This document shows, piece by piece, positions 1 to 7,723 of a stretch of 31,483 bases of DNA (within the stretch, counting starts at the first letter, position 1; each line of letters begins with the position of its first letter). The stretch covers positions 1 to 31,483 of the IMG/VR virus record IMGVR_UViG_3300030104_002272; one strand, written 5' to 3'. The position numbers were made by a program, and so were the translations under genes. The notes beneath the pieces were generated by a model that did not search any database, was not told the origin of the DNA, and saw only the letters and a program-made list of their open reading frames with translations. This DNA comes from a virus (lineage: Duplodnaviria > Caudoviricetes).

Positions 1-195
1 GATACAGACATTGAAACACTATACAACAACGGAAGCCCACTAACAACAGCAATAGAAAGTTCTAATTTAAAATTATGGGCAAAACTTGATAACACAGCAA
101 CATTCTCAACCAATTGGAGTATTCCAGATGCTTCAGGAAATGGCAACACAGGAACAAGTTCAGGAATGACAGAACAAAATTTAGTTAACAACAAT
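1..195 (+). repeat. Imperfect direct repeat, copy 1 (copy 2 at 31289-31483)
   Basis: Ungapped manual alignment: 16 mismatches in 195 bp (~92%), same reading frame. Confidence 0.95.
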
Positions 196-1131
196 GTATC
201 TGCGTTAAATGGTAAAAGTAGTGGAATGACATCAGCTAATTTAGTAACATCTGATTTAACGAGGGCAATACCTTATGGTGATGGATATAGTTTTACTTTT
301 GATTCTGCAAGTAGTGATTATATAGATTGTGGAGATTCAGATACTTTTAGTTTTGGTAATGGTACAACTGATTCACCTTTTAGTATTAGTGCTTGGATAA
401 ATCCTACAAATTTCACTCATAATGCAAGAATTTTAAGTAAAGTAACTAATTTATGGGGTGGTAGAGAATATCAATTTACTATTAATACATCTGGGCAATT
501 AGGTTTATTAATTTATGATGATAGTGCTTCAGCTTATAGATATAGGAGGTATAGTAGTTCATTAAGTTTAAATCAATGGTATCACGTTGCTTGTACTTAT
601 AGCGGCGTGGGAGGCACAAATGCTCAAAATGGAATTAAGATATTTTTGAATGGAACTCAAGTAGATAATGATACTGTTTCTTCTGGAACATATACAGCAA
701 TGGAAAATACTACTACACCTGTTTTTATTGGCTCTCTTGACAATGTATACTTTTCTGATATGAAATTAAGTAATCTATCAATATTCAATGAAGAACTAAC
801 ATCTACAGAGGTTCTAAAACTATATTCAAATGGTGTACCTCAAGACCTTTCAAGTTTTTCACCAGCACCACAAAATTGGTGGACTTTAGGAAGCAATAGT
901 TTTTGGAATGGCTCAAATTGGATATGTAGGGATTTAATAGGCTCTAACGATGGCACAAGTGCTAATGCAGGAGCTGATGGCTTGGTTGGCTCTTCGCCAC
1001 GTTCAACTGGTAACGGAGTAGGCACTAACAACTCAATTCCTGAAAATTTAGCGGGAACTACAAAATGGTCAGATTCAAACTCTTGGTCAGTAAATATGAG
1101 TTCTGAAGCAAGAAAACAAGATACGGCATAA
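1..1131 (+). CDS. 5'-truncated C-terminal part of a multi-LamG (concanavalin A-like) tail fibre/adhesin
   Basis: Frame 1 is open from base 1 (DTDIETLYNNGSP...) through the track's ATG at 166. LamG motifs: FSISAWIN, WYHVACTY, IKIFLNG, VFIGS, LSIFNEELTSTEVLKLY. Probably continues the ORF that starts at 29495. Confidence 0.85.
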   Translation, partial: DTDIETLYNNGSPLTTAIESSNLKLWAKLDNTATFSTNWSIPDASGNGNTGTSSGMTEQNLVNNNVSALNGKSSGMTSANLVTSDLTRAIPYGDGYSFTFDSASSDYIDCGDSDTFSFGNGTTDSPFSISAWINPTNFTHNARILSKVTNLWGGREYQFTINTSGQLGLLIYDDSASAYRYRRYSSSLSLNQWYHVACTYSGVGGTNAQNGIKIFLNGTQVDNDTVSSGTYTAMENTTTPVFIGSLDNVYFSDMKLSNLSIFNEELTSTEVLKLYSNGVPQDLSSFSPAPQNWWTLGSNSFWNGSNWICRDLIGSNDGTSANAGADGLVGSSPRSTGNGVGTNNSIPENLAGTTKWSDSNSWSVNMSSEARKQDTA

Positions 1132-1172
1132 TAATTAAAGAAAAAATATTAAATTAGTAAACAAATAAAAAA

Positions 1173-1418
1173 ATGGCAACTTATATAGTAATAGACATAG
1201 ACACTCAAACATCGTTAGTGGACTTTTCACAGGTGAATACTACATCAGCGCAAACAATGAGAAGAAACGTAGCAAATACACAGGCAATTATAAGCTATGA
1301 TGTAACGCCTTCTTTCATCTCAAATAACCGTTTAGAACCAATTTCTACGCTTAATCACGCTCAAGCGTTAGAACTACTTGCAACGCCTGAATGGACACCA
1401 GAAGAACCATCAGAATGA
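1173..1418 (+). CDS. Small conserved phage protein next to the LamG tail genes (possible fibre-associated protein)
   Basis: 81 aa with VDFSQV.TTS..T.R and a C-terminal LLATPEWT; A-rich start context. Confidence 0.6.
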   Translation: MATYIVIDIDTQTSLVDFSQVNTTSAQTMRRNVANTQAIISYDVTPSFISNNRLEPISTLNHAQALELLATPEWTPEEPSE

Positions 1419-1543
1419 GAGGGTTAAGTGCGAAAATAGAGAAACCTAAAAAAAGGCGTAAGGGCATTCACGCTAAAAGTAAGATGTCCAAAAATGTAAA
1501 TAGTAAAAATTATAAAAAACCTTATGCACGGCAGGGGAAATAA
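1415..1543 (+). CDS. 42-aa very basic protein (not in ORF track)
   Basis: MRGLSAKIEKPKKRRKGIHAKSKMSKNVNSKNYKKPYARQGK*. ATGA overlap with the upstream stop; fills the gap exactly. Confidence 0.7.
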   Translation: MRGLSAKIEKPKKRRKGIHAKSKMSKNVNSKNYKKPYARQGK

Positions 1544-1550
1544 TATTAAA

Positions 1551-1868
1551 ATGGAAGATCACTCACTTATAATGATTGTATCAGCGTTAGTTACTGCGCT
1601 TGGTATTAAGGAAATTTGGCAAATTATAAAACAGAAAATTGATATTAATGCCAAGAAGAATGAAAAGTTAGAAGAACGTGCAGATAGTATTTACACAGAT
1701 CAGATTGAACAACTTACAAACAAGATTGAACAATTAGAAGTGAAGATTGATGAACTTATTAAAGAAAATTTACACTTAAAAGTTAAGATTGTAAAAATGG
1801 AAGCGCGCCTTGTAAAAAATGCAACTTCCAAAGTATCAACCAAACGACATAGAGATGAGAAAAGTTAA
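1551..1868 (+). CDS. Membrane-anchored coiled-coil protein of the lysis cassette (holin/antiholin-like)
   Basis: Likely start MEDHS at 1551. N-terminal hydrophobic helix LIMIVSALVTALGI, then heptads (IEQLTNKIEQLEVKIDEL); directly upstream of the endolysin. Confidence 0.55.
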   Translation: MEDHSLIMIVSALVTALGIKEIWQIIKQKIDINAKKNEKLEERADSIYTDQIEQLTNKIEQLEVKIDELIKENLHLKVKIVKMEARLVKNATSKVSTKRHRDEKS

Positions 1869-2361
1869 TAAAATTATTATTCATTGTACTGCTACCGTTG
1901 AAGGTAATAACGTTAGTGCAGGAACTATACGCCAATGGCATTTACGTAGAGGATGGAGCGACATAGGATACCATTATATCATAGGGATTGATGGCGAAAT
2001 ACAAAGCGGAAGAAGCGTACAAATACAAGGAGCGCATACACGCGGACATAACGAAGATAGCATTGGCATATCATACGTAGGTGGATTAGATGCAAACAGA
2101 AAACCAAAAGATACACGTACAGAACAACAAAAAGAATCATTAGTTGAGATTATTAAAATACTAAAAAACATTTATCCTAAAGCAAGTATTCACGGGCATC
2201 GTGACTTTAGTAAGGATCAGGATGGCGATGGTGTTGAGCGCCACGAATGGATGAAAGCCTGTCCGTGTTTTGATGCGGAGAATGAATATTTAGATCTACA
2301 ACCAAAAACATTTAAAGCACGTAGTAAAAAAGTTAAGGATAAATTAAAAGATAAAAAATGA
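1855..2361 (+). CDS. Endolysin, N-acetylmuramoyl-L-alanine amidase (T7 lysozyme/Amidase_2 type)
   Basis: IIIHCTAT, GWSDIGYHY, GAHTRGHN, SIGISYVGG, GHRD, KACPCFD zinc-amidase motifs. Start likely MRKVNK at 1855 rather than 1819. Confidence 0.93.
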   Translation: MRKVNKIIIHCTATVEGNNVSAGTIRQWHLRRGWSDIGYHYIIGIDGEIQSGRSVQIQGAHTRGHNEDSIGISYVGGLDANRKPKDTRTEQQKESLVEIIKILKNIYPKASIHGHRDFSKDQDGDGVERHEWMKACPCFDAENEYLDLQPKTFKARSKKVKDKLKDKK

Positions 2362-2558
2362 GTAATAAAACAAAGAACATAATAACAAATATATTAGGTT
2401 TAATATTATTTGCATTTAATACGTTTGAATTTTATTTTGATGAATTTTCATTATTACAATATTTAGGCGGTTTAGTAGTAGCATTAGCATTATTTTTATT
2501 CAAAGCAACAGAAACCAAAGAATGGTTAAGAAAAGCATTATCCAAATTTTCTTCTTAA
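2358..2558 (+). CDS. Putative holin (two TM helices)
   Basis: 66 aa, two hydrophobic segments and a basic C-terminus; follows the endolysin with an ATGA-type overlap. Confidence 0.6.
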   Translation: MSNKTKNIITNILGLILFAFNTFEFYFDEFSLLQYLGGLVVALALFLFKATETKEWLRKALSKFSS

Positions 2559-2962
2559 TTCTTGTCGCTTGTTCACCTCAAAAGCAATTAAACAGAATAA
2601 TTGAAAACAATCCGCATTTAGCGGAGATTGATACAGTACACATTGTTGATACTGTAGTAATTAATAATTATTCATTTGATACTATAAACAGAGTTGAATC
2701 ACACGACACAGTAATTATACAAAACAATGAAAGGGTTGAAGCGCGCTACTTTTACGATACTGTCAGGCAAGAGATCTGGCACGAAATCCAATGTAAAAAC
2801 GATACGATTATTCAGGATAGATTTATACCTGTTGAAAAGATCGTTTACAAGGAACTCACAATTTACGAGAAATACAAGGATGTGGCTATAATTGCAATAT
2901 GTGCAATTGTATTATTATTTATTGTTTTAGTTGTTTTAAAAGCAGTTAACAAATTTATATAG
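2522..2962 (+). CDS. Putative unimolecular spanin (N-terminal lipoprotein signal plus C-terminal TM helix)
   Basis: Lipobox LVAC after MVKKSIIQIFFLI, a beta-rich middle, C-terminal TM VAIIAICAIVLLFIVLVVL; last gene of the lysis cassette. Confidence 0.65.
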   Translation: MVKKSIIQIFFLILVACSPQKQLNRIIENNPHLAEIDTVHIVDTVVINNYSFDTINRVESHDTVIIQNNERVEARYFYDTVRQEIWHEIQCKNDTIIQDRFIPVEKIVYKELTIYEKYKDVAIIAICAIVLLFIVLVVLKAVNKFI

Positions 2963-4047
2963 TGGGCAGCAGAAAAAGAAATTTAAAAGACCACCAAAGC
3001 CGTAATAGTGGAAGGGGTAATCCAAAATACAGGTTAAACGAACAAGAAGCAAATTTAATTCGTGAGTATAGGAGAATCCAACAAGAGGCAGAAAGCGCAG
3101 GATTAAATCCTAAAGATGTGCATAGTGGTTGGATAAAATCAAAGGAAGCAAGTATATATTTTAAGAATCCTAATTTTAAAGAAGCTCATTTAAAAGAGTT
3201 TAAGCAACAATTATTAAAAGATCTTAAAGAATATTCACCAAGTTTTGATAAGATTATTAAACCTAAAGTAAAAGACGGGCATTGCTTGTTAATATCGCCT
3301 GCTGATATACATATTGGTAAGTTGTGCAAATCGTTTGTTAGCGGTGAAGAATACAACAAACAAATAGCAGTTCAAAGAACTTTAGAAGCTATTGACGGCA
3401 TATTACAAAAAAGCAACGGTTTTAATATAGATAAATTAGTGTTGTGTATTGGCAATGATGTTATGCATATAGATACACCAAGTGGTGGAAAAACTACGCG
3501 CGGAACTGTTCAAGATGTTGATGGAATGTTTTTTGAACATTTTCATATTGCCAAGCGTTTATATATTAATATAATAGAAACTTTAGTTAGTTTTTATCCA
3601 GATTTACATATTGTTTATAATAGTTCAAATCACGATTACTTAACTGGATTTTGTTTAGCTGATACAATAGCAACATATTTTAGAAATAGTAAAAACATTA
3701 CTTTTGATATTAGTTTACACCACAGGAAGTATTATACCTATTACGATAATTTAATTGGTTCTACACACGGAGATGGTGCAAAGTGGGATTTATTACCGTT
3801 ATTAATGGCAGATGAATCAAGGGATTGGAGTGATACTAAATACAGATATATGTTTACGCACCACGTACATCATAAAATAAGCAATAAAGATTTAATTGGC
3901 TGCAGTGTAGAAAGTTTCCGTAGCCCATCGCCTTCTGATACTTGGCATTCAAAGATGGGATTTACCTCATCAAACAACCAAGCAATTGAAGGTTTTATCT
4001 TCAGTAAACACAACGGTCAAGTTTCAAGAATTAGCCATTTTTTTTAG
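2962..4047 (+). CDS. Calcineurin-like metallophosphoesterase
   Basis: DIHIG, GNDVMH, SNHD, HGD, HHVHH metal-binding motifs; GTG start. Confidence 0.82.
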   Translation: MGSRKRNLKDHQSRNSGRGNPKYRLNEQEANLIREYRRIQQEAESAGLNPKDVHSGWIKSKEASIYFKNPNFKEAHLKEFKQQLLKDLKEYSPSFDKIIKPKVKDGHCLLISPADIHIGKLCKSFVSGEEYNKQIAVQRTLEAIDGILQKSNGFNIDKLVLCIGNDVMHIDTPSGGKTTRGTVQDVDGMFFEHFHIAKRLYINIIETLVSFYPDLHIVYNSSNHDYLTGFCLADTIATYFRNSKNITFDISLHHRKYYTYYDNLIGSTHGDGAKWDLLPLLMADESRDWSDTKYRYMFTHHVHHKISNKDLIGCSVESFRSPSPSDTWHSKMGFTSSNNQAIEGFIFSKHNGQVSRISHFF

Positions 4048-4069
4048 TATTAACATTTCATTGTTAATA
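4048..4069. promoter_or_regulatory. Perfect 8-bp inverted repeat (operator or RNA hairpin) at the late/early boundary
   Basis: TATTAACA-TTTCAT-TGTTAATA immediately after the stop at 4047. Confidence 0.45.
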
Positions 4070-4085
4070 AGTTCTTAACTGTGTT

Positions 4086-4118
4086 TTGTAATTTGTATTA
4101 TAATTATAATTACATTAG
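4086..4118 (+). promoter_or_regulatory. Candidate host-sigma (Bacteroidota -33/-7 type) early promoter
   Basis: TTG at 4086 and TACATTAG at 4111 (consensus TAnnTTTG, one mismatch; 22-nt spacer) in the ~100-bp gap before the first early gene. The palindrome ATTATAATTATAAT lies between them. Confidence 0.35.
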
Positions 4119-4145
4119 CATTATAAATTTAAAAAACTATAAATT

Positions 4146-4304
4146 ATGAACAGAGAAATGTCATATACGACAAGAACATTTTACGTAAAGGCAGATAAAA
4201 TAGATACGCTGCTTGAGTTTCAAGAAAAATGCAGAAACAACGGGCGTAGATCTTACAGCGAGGTTTTATTAGAACTAATGGAAAACTATAATAAAACTAA
4301 CTAA
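4146..4304 (+). CDS. Ribbon-helix-helix DNA-binding protein, 52 aa (not in ORF track)
   Basis: MNREMSYTTRTFYVKADKIDTLLEFQEKCRNNGRRSYSEVLLELMENYNKTN*: alternating beta strand TRTFYV, helix A, G-x-x-S-x-S-E turn, helix B, as in the CopG/Arc fold. Confidence 0.72.
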   Translation: MNREMSYTTRTFYVKADKIDTLLEFQEKCRNNGRRSYSEVLLELMENYNKTN

Positions 4305-4305
4305 A

Positions 4306-4620
4306 ATGGAATCAAACTTTTTTTACAACACACATTTTGATTACATAGAACATTGGGAGAGATATGAAAGGCATAAAATATTATTTCAAAGATTAATTAA
4401 TATATTAACCCAAGCCAATTGGAATAAAAGAATAATACGAGTGCCACATTTTCAACTTACTAATAACGATTTAGAAATCCACAGAAATAGATTTACAAGA
4501 TATATTAAAACAATTGATATTATTGCTGAAGAAATGAAGCAGCTCAATGTTAATTATAATGAAAGCAGAATAAACAAAATAATAACTATATTAACTAAAA
4601 TCAAAAATTATGAAAATTAA
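4306..4620 (+). CDS. Hypothetical protein
   Basis: 104-aa ORF packed between neighbours. Confidence 0.6.
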   Translation: MESNFFYNTHFDYIEHWERYERHKILFQRLINILTQANWNKRIIRVPHFQLTNNDLEIHRNRFTRYIKTIDIIAEEMKQLNVNYNESRINKIITILTKIKNYEN

Positions 4621-4984
4621 AGAAATAGCACAAAAGTACAATCTTGGAAAAGATGATTTCTGGGAGTTAAAAAGAGGTACACGTTCAATGTGGATTATTA
4701 CACACGATGCTTGTGAAAAGATAGCAGCCAAAGAAAATATACAATTTGGCGCACCAACAGTATTTAGAGAAAACAACCAAGATGTTGCAATGGTAGGAGA
4801 TGCAAAACGTGGCAATAAAATAATGTGGTCAACTGGCGAAGCATCACCAAAGAATTGTAAAGCACCATACCCCTTTGCAATGTGTGAAAAGAGATTAAAA
4901 GATCGTTTAACGCTTAAATTAATATCCGCATACGAATATGGCATCTATTCAGATGTTGAAGCAGATGCATTTAAAAAAGATTGA
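4610..4984 (+). CDS. Putative single-strand annealing protein (Rad52/Sak/ERF-superfamily-like)
   Basis: STGEA, AMCEKRLKDR..LKL and IYSDVEAD resemble annealase motifs; lies upstream of an exonuclease and an SSB-like gene. Confidence 0.45.
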   Translation: MKIKEIAQKYNLGKDDFWELKRGTRSMWIITHDACEKIAAKENIQFGAPTVFRENNQDVAMVGDAKRGNKIMWSTGEASPKNCKAPYPFAMCEKRLKDRLTLKLISAYEYGIYSDVEADAFKKD

Positions 4985-4985
4985 T

Positions 4986-5108
4986 ATGAAACTAATTAAA
5001 AAAATAACAAACGATTTACAAAAGCTACAAGAATTAATTGATGAGCAGAAACAAATTGATGAACAATTTACGGAAGCCGTAAGAAAGTTTGATAAAGAAA
5101 AAAAATAA
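4986..5108 (+). CDS. 40-aa coiled-coil hypothetical protein (not in ORF track)
   Basis: MKLIKKITNDLQKLQELIDEQKQIDEQFTEAVRKFDKEKK*; fills the gap. Confidence 0.55.
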   Translation: MKLIKKITNDLQKLQELIDEQKQIDEQFTEAVRKFDKEKK

Positions 5109-5123
5109 ACTAAACTATATATT

Positions 5124-5858
5124 ATGAAAAAAGATCATTTAAGTTACAGCGCATTGTGCCAGTTTAAAAAATCACCTAACCATTTACTTGCGTATTGGAA
5201 CAAGGAAACTAAAACAACTGATGCAATGCACTTTGGACAGATAATACACAAGATGTTATTACAACCAGAATCCTTTAAAGATGACTTTGCTGTGTTTGAA
5301 GGCGCAAGGCGTGCAGGTAAAGCGTGGCAAGAGTTTAAAGCGGATCACGATGATAAAATTATTATCAAGCAGCAAGAGTTAGATGAGGCAAACAGAATTA
5401 TAAACAATTCAATGCAGCACGAAGCATTTGCAGAAATGTTAAAAAATGCAACAGCTAAAGAACAAAAGTTAAATTGGAATTACAAGGACGTTGATTTCAT
5501 TGGCTATGCTGATCTAATTACGGAGTTTAACGGCAAGCAATGCGTTGTAGATATAAAAACTACTAACGATGCAGGCAGCAGGTTCTACAGGGACTTATAT
5601 TACAACGATTATAAAATGCAGCTTGCAATGTACACAGAGCAGTTTGGTAAAGAGTACGATGCCTATATAGTAGCAATTGAAACAAGCACACCATTTAACG
5701 TACAAGTTTATAAATTAGATGAAAGTTTATTATTCAAAGGATGGATGGATTACGATCATAATGTAGATAAATACAATCAATGGGATGGTAAGCCACAAGG
5801 ATATAGTAACGCAGTAATTGAAGTTGCTACAGAAATAGAAGAAATTATTAACAAATAA
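5124..5858 (+). CDS. PD-(D/E)XK exonuclease (RecE/ExoVIII, DUF3799-like)
   Basis: HLSYSAL..F..SP, FGQIIH, GYADLI, VVDIKTT, YKMQLAMY. Confidence 0.85.
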   Translation: MKKDHLSYSALCQFKKSPNHLLAYWNKETKTTDAMHFGQIIHKMLLQPESFKDDFAVFEGARRAGKAWQEFKADHDDKIIIKQQELDEANRIINNSMQHEAFAEMLKNATAKEQKLNWNYKDVDFIGYADLITEFNGKQCVVDIKTTNDAGSRFYRDLYYNDYKMQLAMYTEQFGKEYDAYIVAIETSTPFNVQVYKLDESLLFKGWMDYDHNVDKYNQWDGKPQGYSNAVIEVATEIEEIINK

Positions 5859-5865
5859 ACAAACA

Positions 5866-6006
5866 ATGAAAATAATAAAATACACACATCAGGATGATTT
5901 TAACAACTGGGTTAAAGAATCTAAAAAGAAAATAAAAAAAGGGAATAACCCAAATTATAAATCAGCAGTAAAAGCAAAACGATTAGGATATAATATAAAT
6001 AAATAA
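5866..6006 (+). CDS. 46-aa basic hypothetical protein (not in ORF track)
   Basis: MKIIKYTHQDDFNNWVKESKKKIKKGNNPNYKSAVKAKRLGYNINK*; its start context is nearly identical to that of the next gene. Confidence 0.55.
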   Translation: MKIIKYTHQDDFNNWVKESKKKIKKGNNPNYKSAVKAKRLGYNINK

Positions 6007-6017
6007 ACAAACAAACA

Positions 6018-6272
6018 ATGAATAAAAAAGAAGAAACAATATACTGCGGAAGCGGTAAAGTAATGAGTGAAAAATGGTTAAAAGTAACTATTAACCCAAC
6101 TAAAATTGTAGATTACATTCAGGAGTTTAATGGAAATAAATTTATTAAATTAAATGTTAACATTAAAGATGAAGCAGATCAATACGGTAAAGATGTTAGT
6201 ATTAGTGTTGATACTTGGAAGCCAGAAGAAAAGCAGGCGAAAGTAGAATCATCAAACGATTTACCCTTTTAA
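6018..6272 (+). CDS. Putative ssDNA-binding protein
   Basis: Small beta-rich protein with the acidic SSB-type tail SSNDLPF; in the recombination module. Confidence 0.6.
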   Translation: MNKKEETIYCGSGKVMSEKWLKVTINPTKIVDYIQEFNGNKFIKLNVNIKDEADQYGKDVSISVDTWKPEEKQAKVESSNDLPF

Positions 6273-6289
6273 ATTTAAAAAGATAATTG

Positions 6290-6595
6290 ATGCGCTACAA
6301 AGACGAGGATTGGAATTTGATTTTACCTGCTATACAAGAATTGTTGATTGAGGGATATACATTGCCACAGATCGCAAATAAATTAGATATAACGTATAAT
6401 AAGGTAATACAAAACTACAAGCCAATAAAGAAAAACTTTAAGTACATTGATTACCAACAAAAACAAAGAAAGGTGGAGGCTGTAAACGCTTCTGCCTTTT
6501 CTTTTAATAAAGTTTACACTTGGGAATCATTAAGCGATGAAGATATAAAAGGATATAAATATTACGAATTAAAACACAAAGCATATTATGAATGA
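6290..6595 (+). CDS. Helix-turn-helix protein
   Basis: LLIEGYTLPQIANKLDITYNKV HTH pattern; ATG at 6290. Confidence 0.55.
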   Translation: MRYKDEDWNLILPAIQELLIEGYTLPQIANKLDITYNKVIQNYKPIKKNFKYIDYQQKQRKVEAVNASAFSFNKVYTWESLSDEDIKGYKYYELKHKAYYE

Positions 6596-7721
6596 TAAAA
6601 TTAAAAACAAAATAAAAAAAGAATTAGATAATTTAACATTTGATGAAAAAGTTAAATATATAAACGATGTAAAATTTTTTTTACATCAAAATAGTCCTTT
6701 TAAAAATGAACCTGTAGATTATGTTTCTTGGGTTAAATCTGAGGATGTAGTTTCAAATGATTACAACCCAAATAAAGTAGCACCACCAGAAATGGAGCTT
6801 TTAGAAGTTTCAATAATGAATGATGGTTATACTCAACCAATTGTTACTTGGGATAATCACGAAAAAAATAAAATTGAAGTCATTGATGGTTTTCATAGAA
6901 ATAGAGTTGGTAAAGAATCAAAAATTATAAATAAAAGAATTAATGGTTATTTACCTGTTGTTAACATAAGAAAAGAACAGTCAAATAAAAATGACAGAAT
7001 TGCCTCAACAATAAGACACAATAGAGCAAGAGGCAAACATCAGGTAAATGCAATGAGTGAAATAGTTATTGAATTAAAAAACAGGAACTGGACAAATAAA
7101 AGAATATCAAAACAATTAGGAATGGATGAAGAAGAAGTTTTAAGATTATGTCAAGTAAGTGGATTAGAGCATTTGTTTAATGACAAAGATTTTTCAAAAG
7201 CTTGGGAATCATCTGATTATATTGAAAATAATTACGAATTATTGACTGATGATGTAAGTGATGTTATTGATTTATATAAAATACCACTTGAAGATGATAA
7301 AGAAAGAATTTTTCACACTTACGATAAATGGGAATGTTATAAAGCTGGTTTTTATAAAAGTAAATTAGAAAACTTATCTCATGAAGATTGTGAAAAAAAG
7401 TTTATTGAAATAATGACAAATGAAAAATTATTTAGTAATGCTTTAAATAAAGTTATAAGTGAATGGAAATATAGCTGTGAACATTACCTAACAAATAAAG
7501 CAATGAATAGAATTGCTTGGTTAGGTCAAGCAGCAGTTTGTATATCTTCTGGTGTTCCTTCAAAATATTCTACTGCTTGGAGTAAATTAAATGTAGAAGA
7601 ACAAAACACAGCTAATAAAATAGCTGATAAGTATTTAAATATATGGTTAGATAAAAATAATTTATCAAAAGTAAATATAGAAGAGGGTTTAAATATTAAC
7701 AGACAAATTGAATTATATTAA
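6588..7721 (+). CDS. ibrB: ParB/sulfiredoxin-like protein of the IbrB/YbdM family, fused to an extra C-terminal domain
   Basis: NDYNPNKVAPPEMELL..SI..DGYTQPIV, IDGFHR, ASTIRHNRARGKH and an HTH, plus ~140 extra aa (IFHTYDKWECYKAGFY...NRIAWLGQAA). Confidence 0.85.
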   Translation: MNDKIKNKIKKELDNLTFDEKVKYINDVKFFLHQNSPFKNEPVDYVSWVKSEDVVSNDYNPNKVAPPEMELLEVSIMNDGYTQPIVTWDNHEKNKIEVIDGFHRNRVGKESKIINKRINGYLPVVNIRKEQSNKNDRIASTIRHNRARGKHQVNAMSEIVIELKNRNWTNKRISKQLGMDEEEVLRLCQVSGLEHLFNDKDFSKAWESSDYIENNYELLTDDVSDVIDLYKIPLEDDKERIFHTYDKWECYKAGFYKSKLENLSHEDCEKKFIEIMTNEKLFSNALNKVISEWKYSCEHYLTNKAMNRIAWLGQAAVCISSGVPSKYSTAWSKLNVEEQNTANKIADKYLNIWLDKNNLSKVNIEEGLNINRQIELY

Positions 7722-7723
7722 TT

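Noticed and set aside
1-195. End repeats as a DGR template/variable repeat pair
   Set aside because: Mismatches are not confined to adenines in either copy (C/T, T/G, G/T occur), many are synonymous, and no reverse transcriptase is encoded.
6588-7721. ParB as evidence of a plasmid-prophage partition system
   Set aside because: No ParA or parS array; the motifs and the adjacent DUF3440 gene identify the IbrB/YbdM type.
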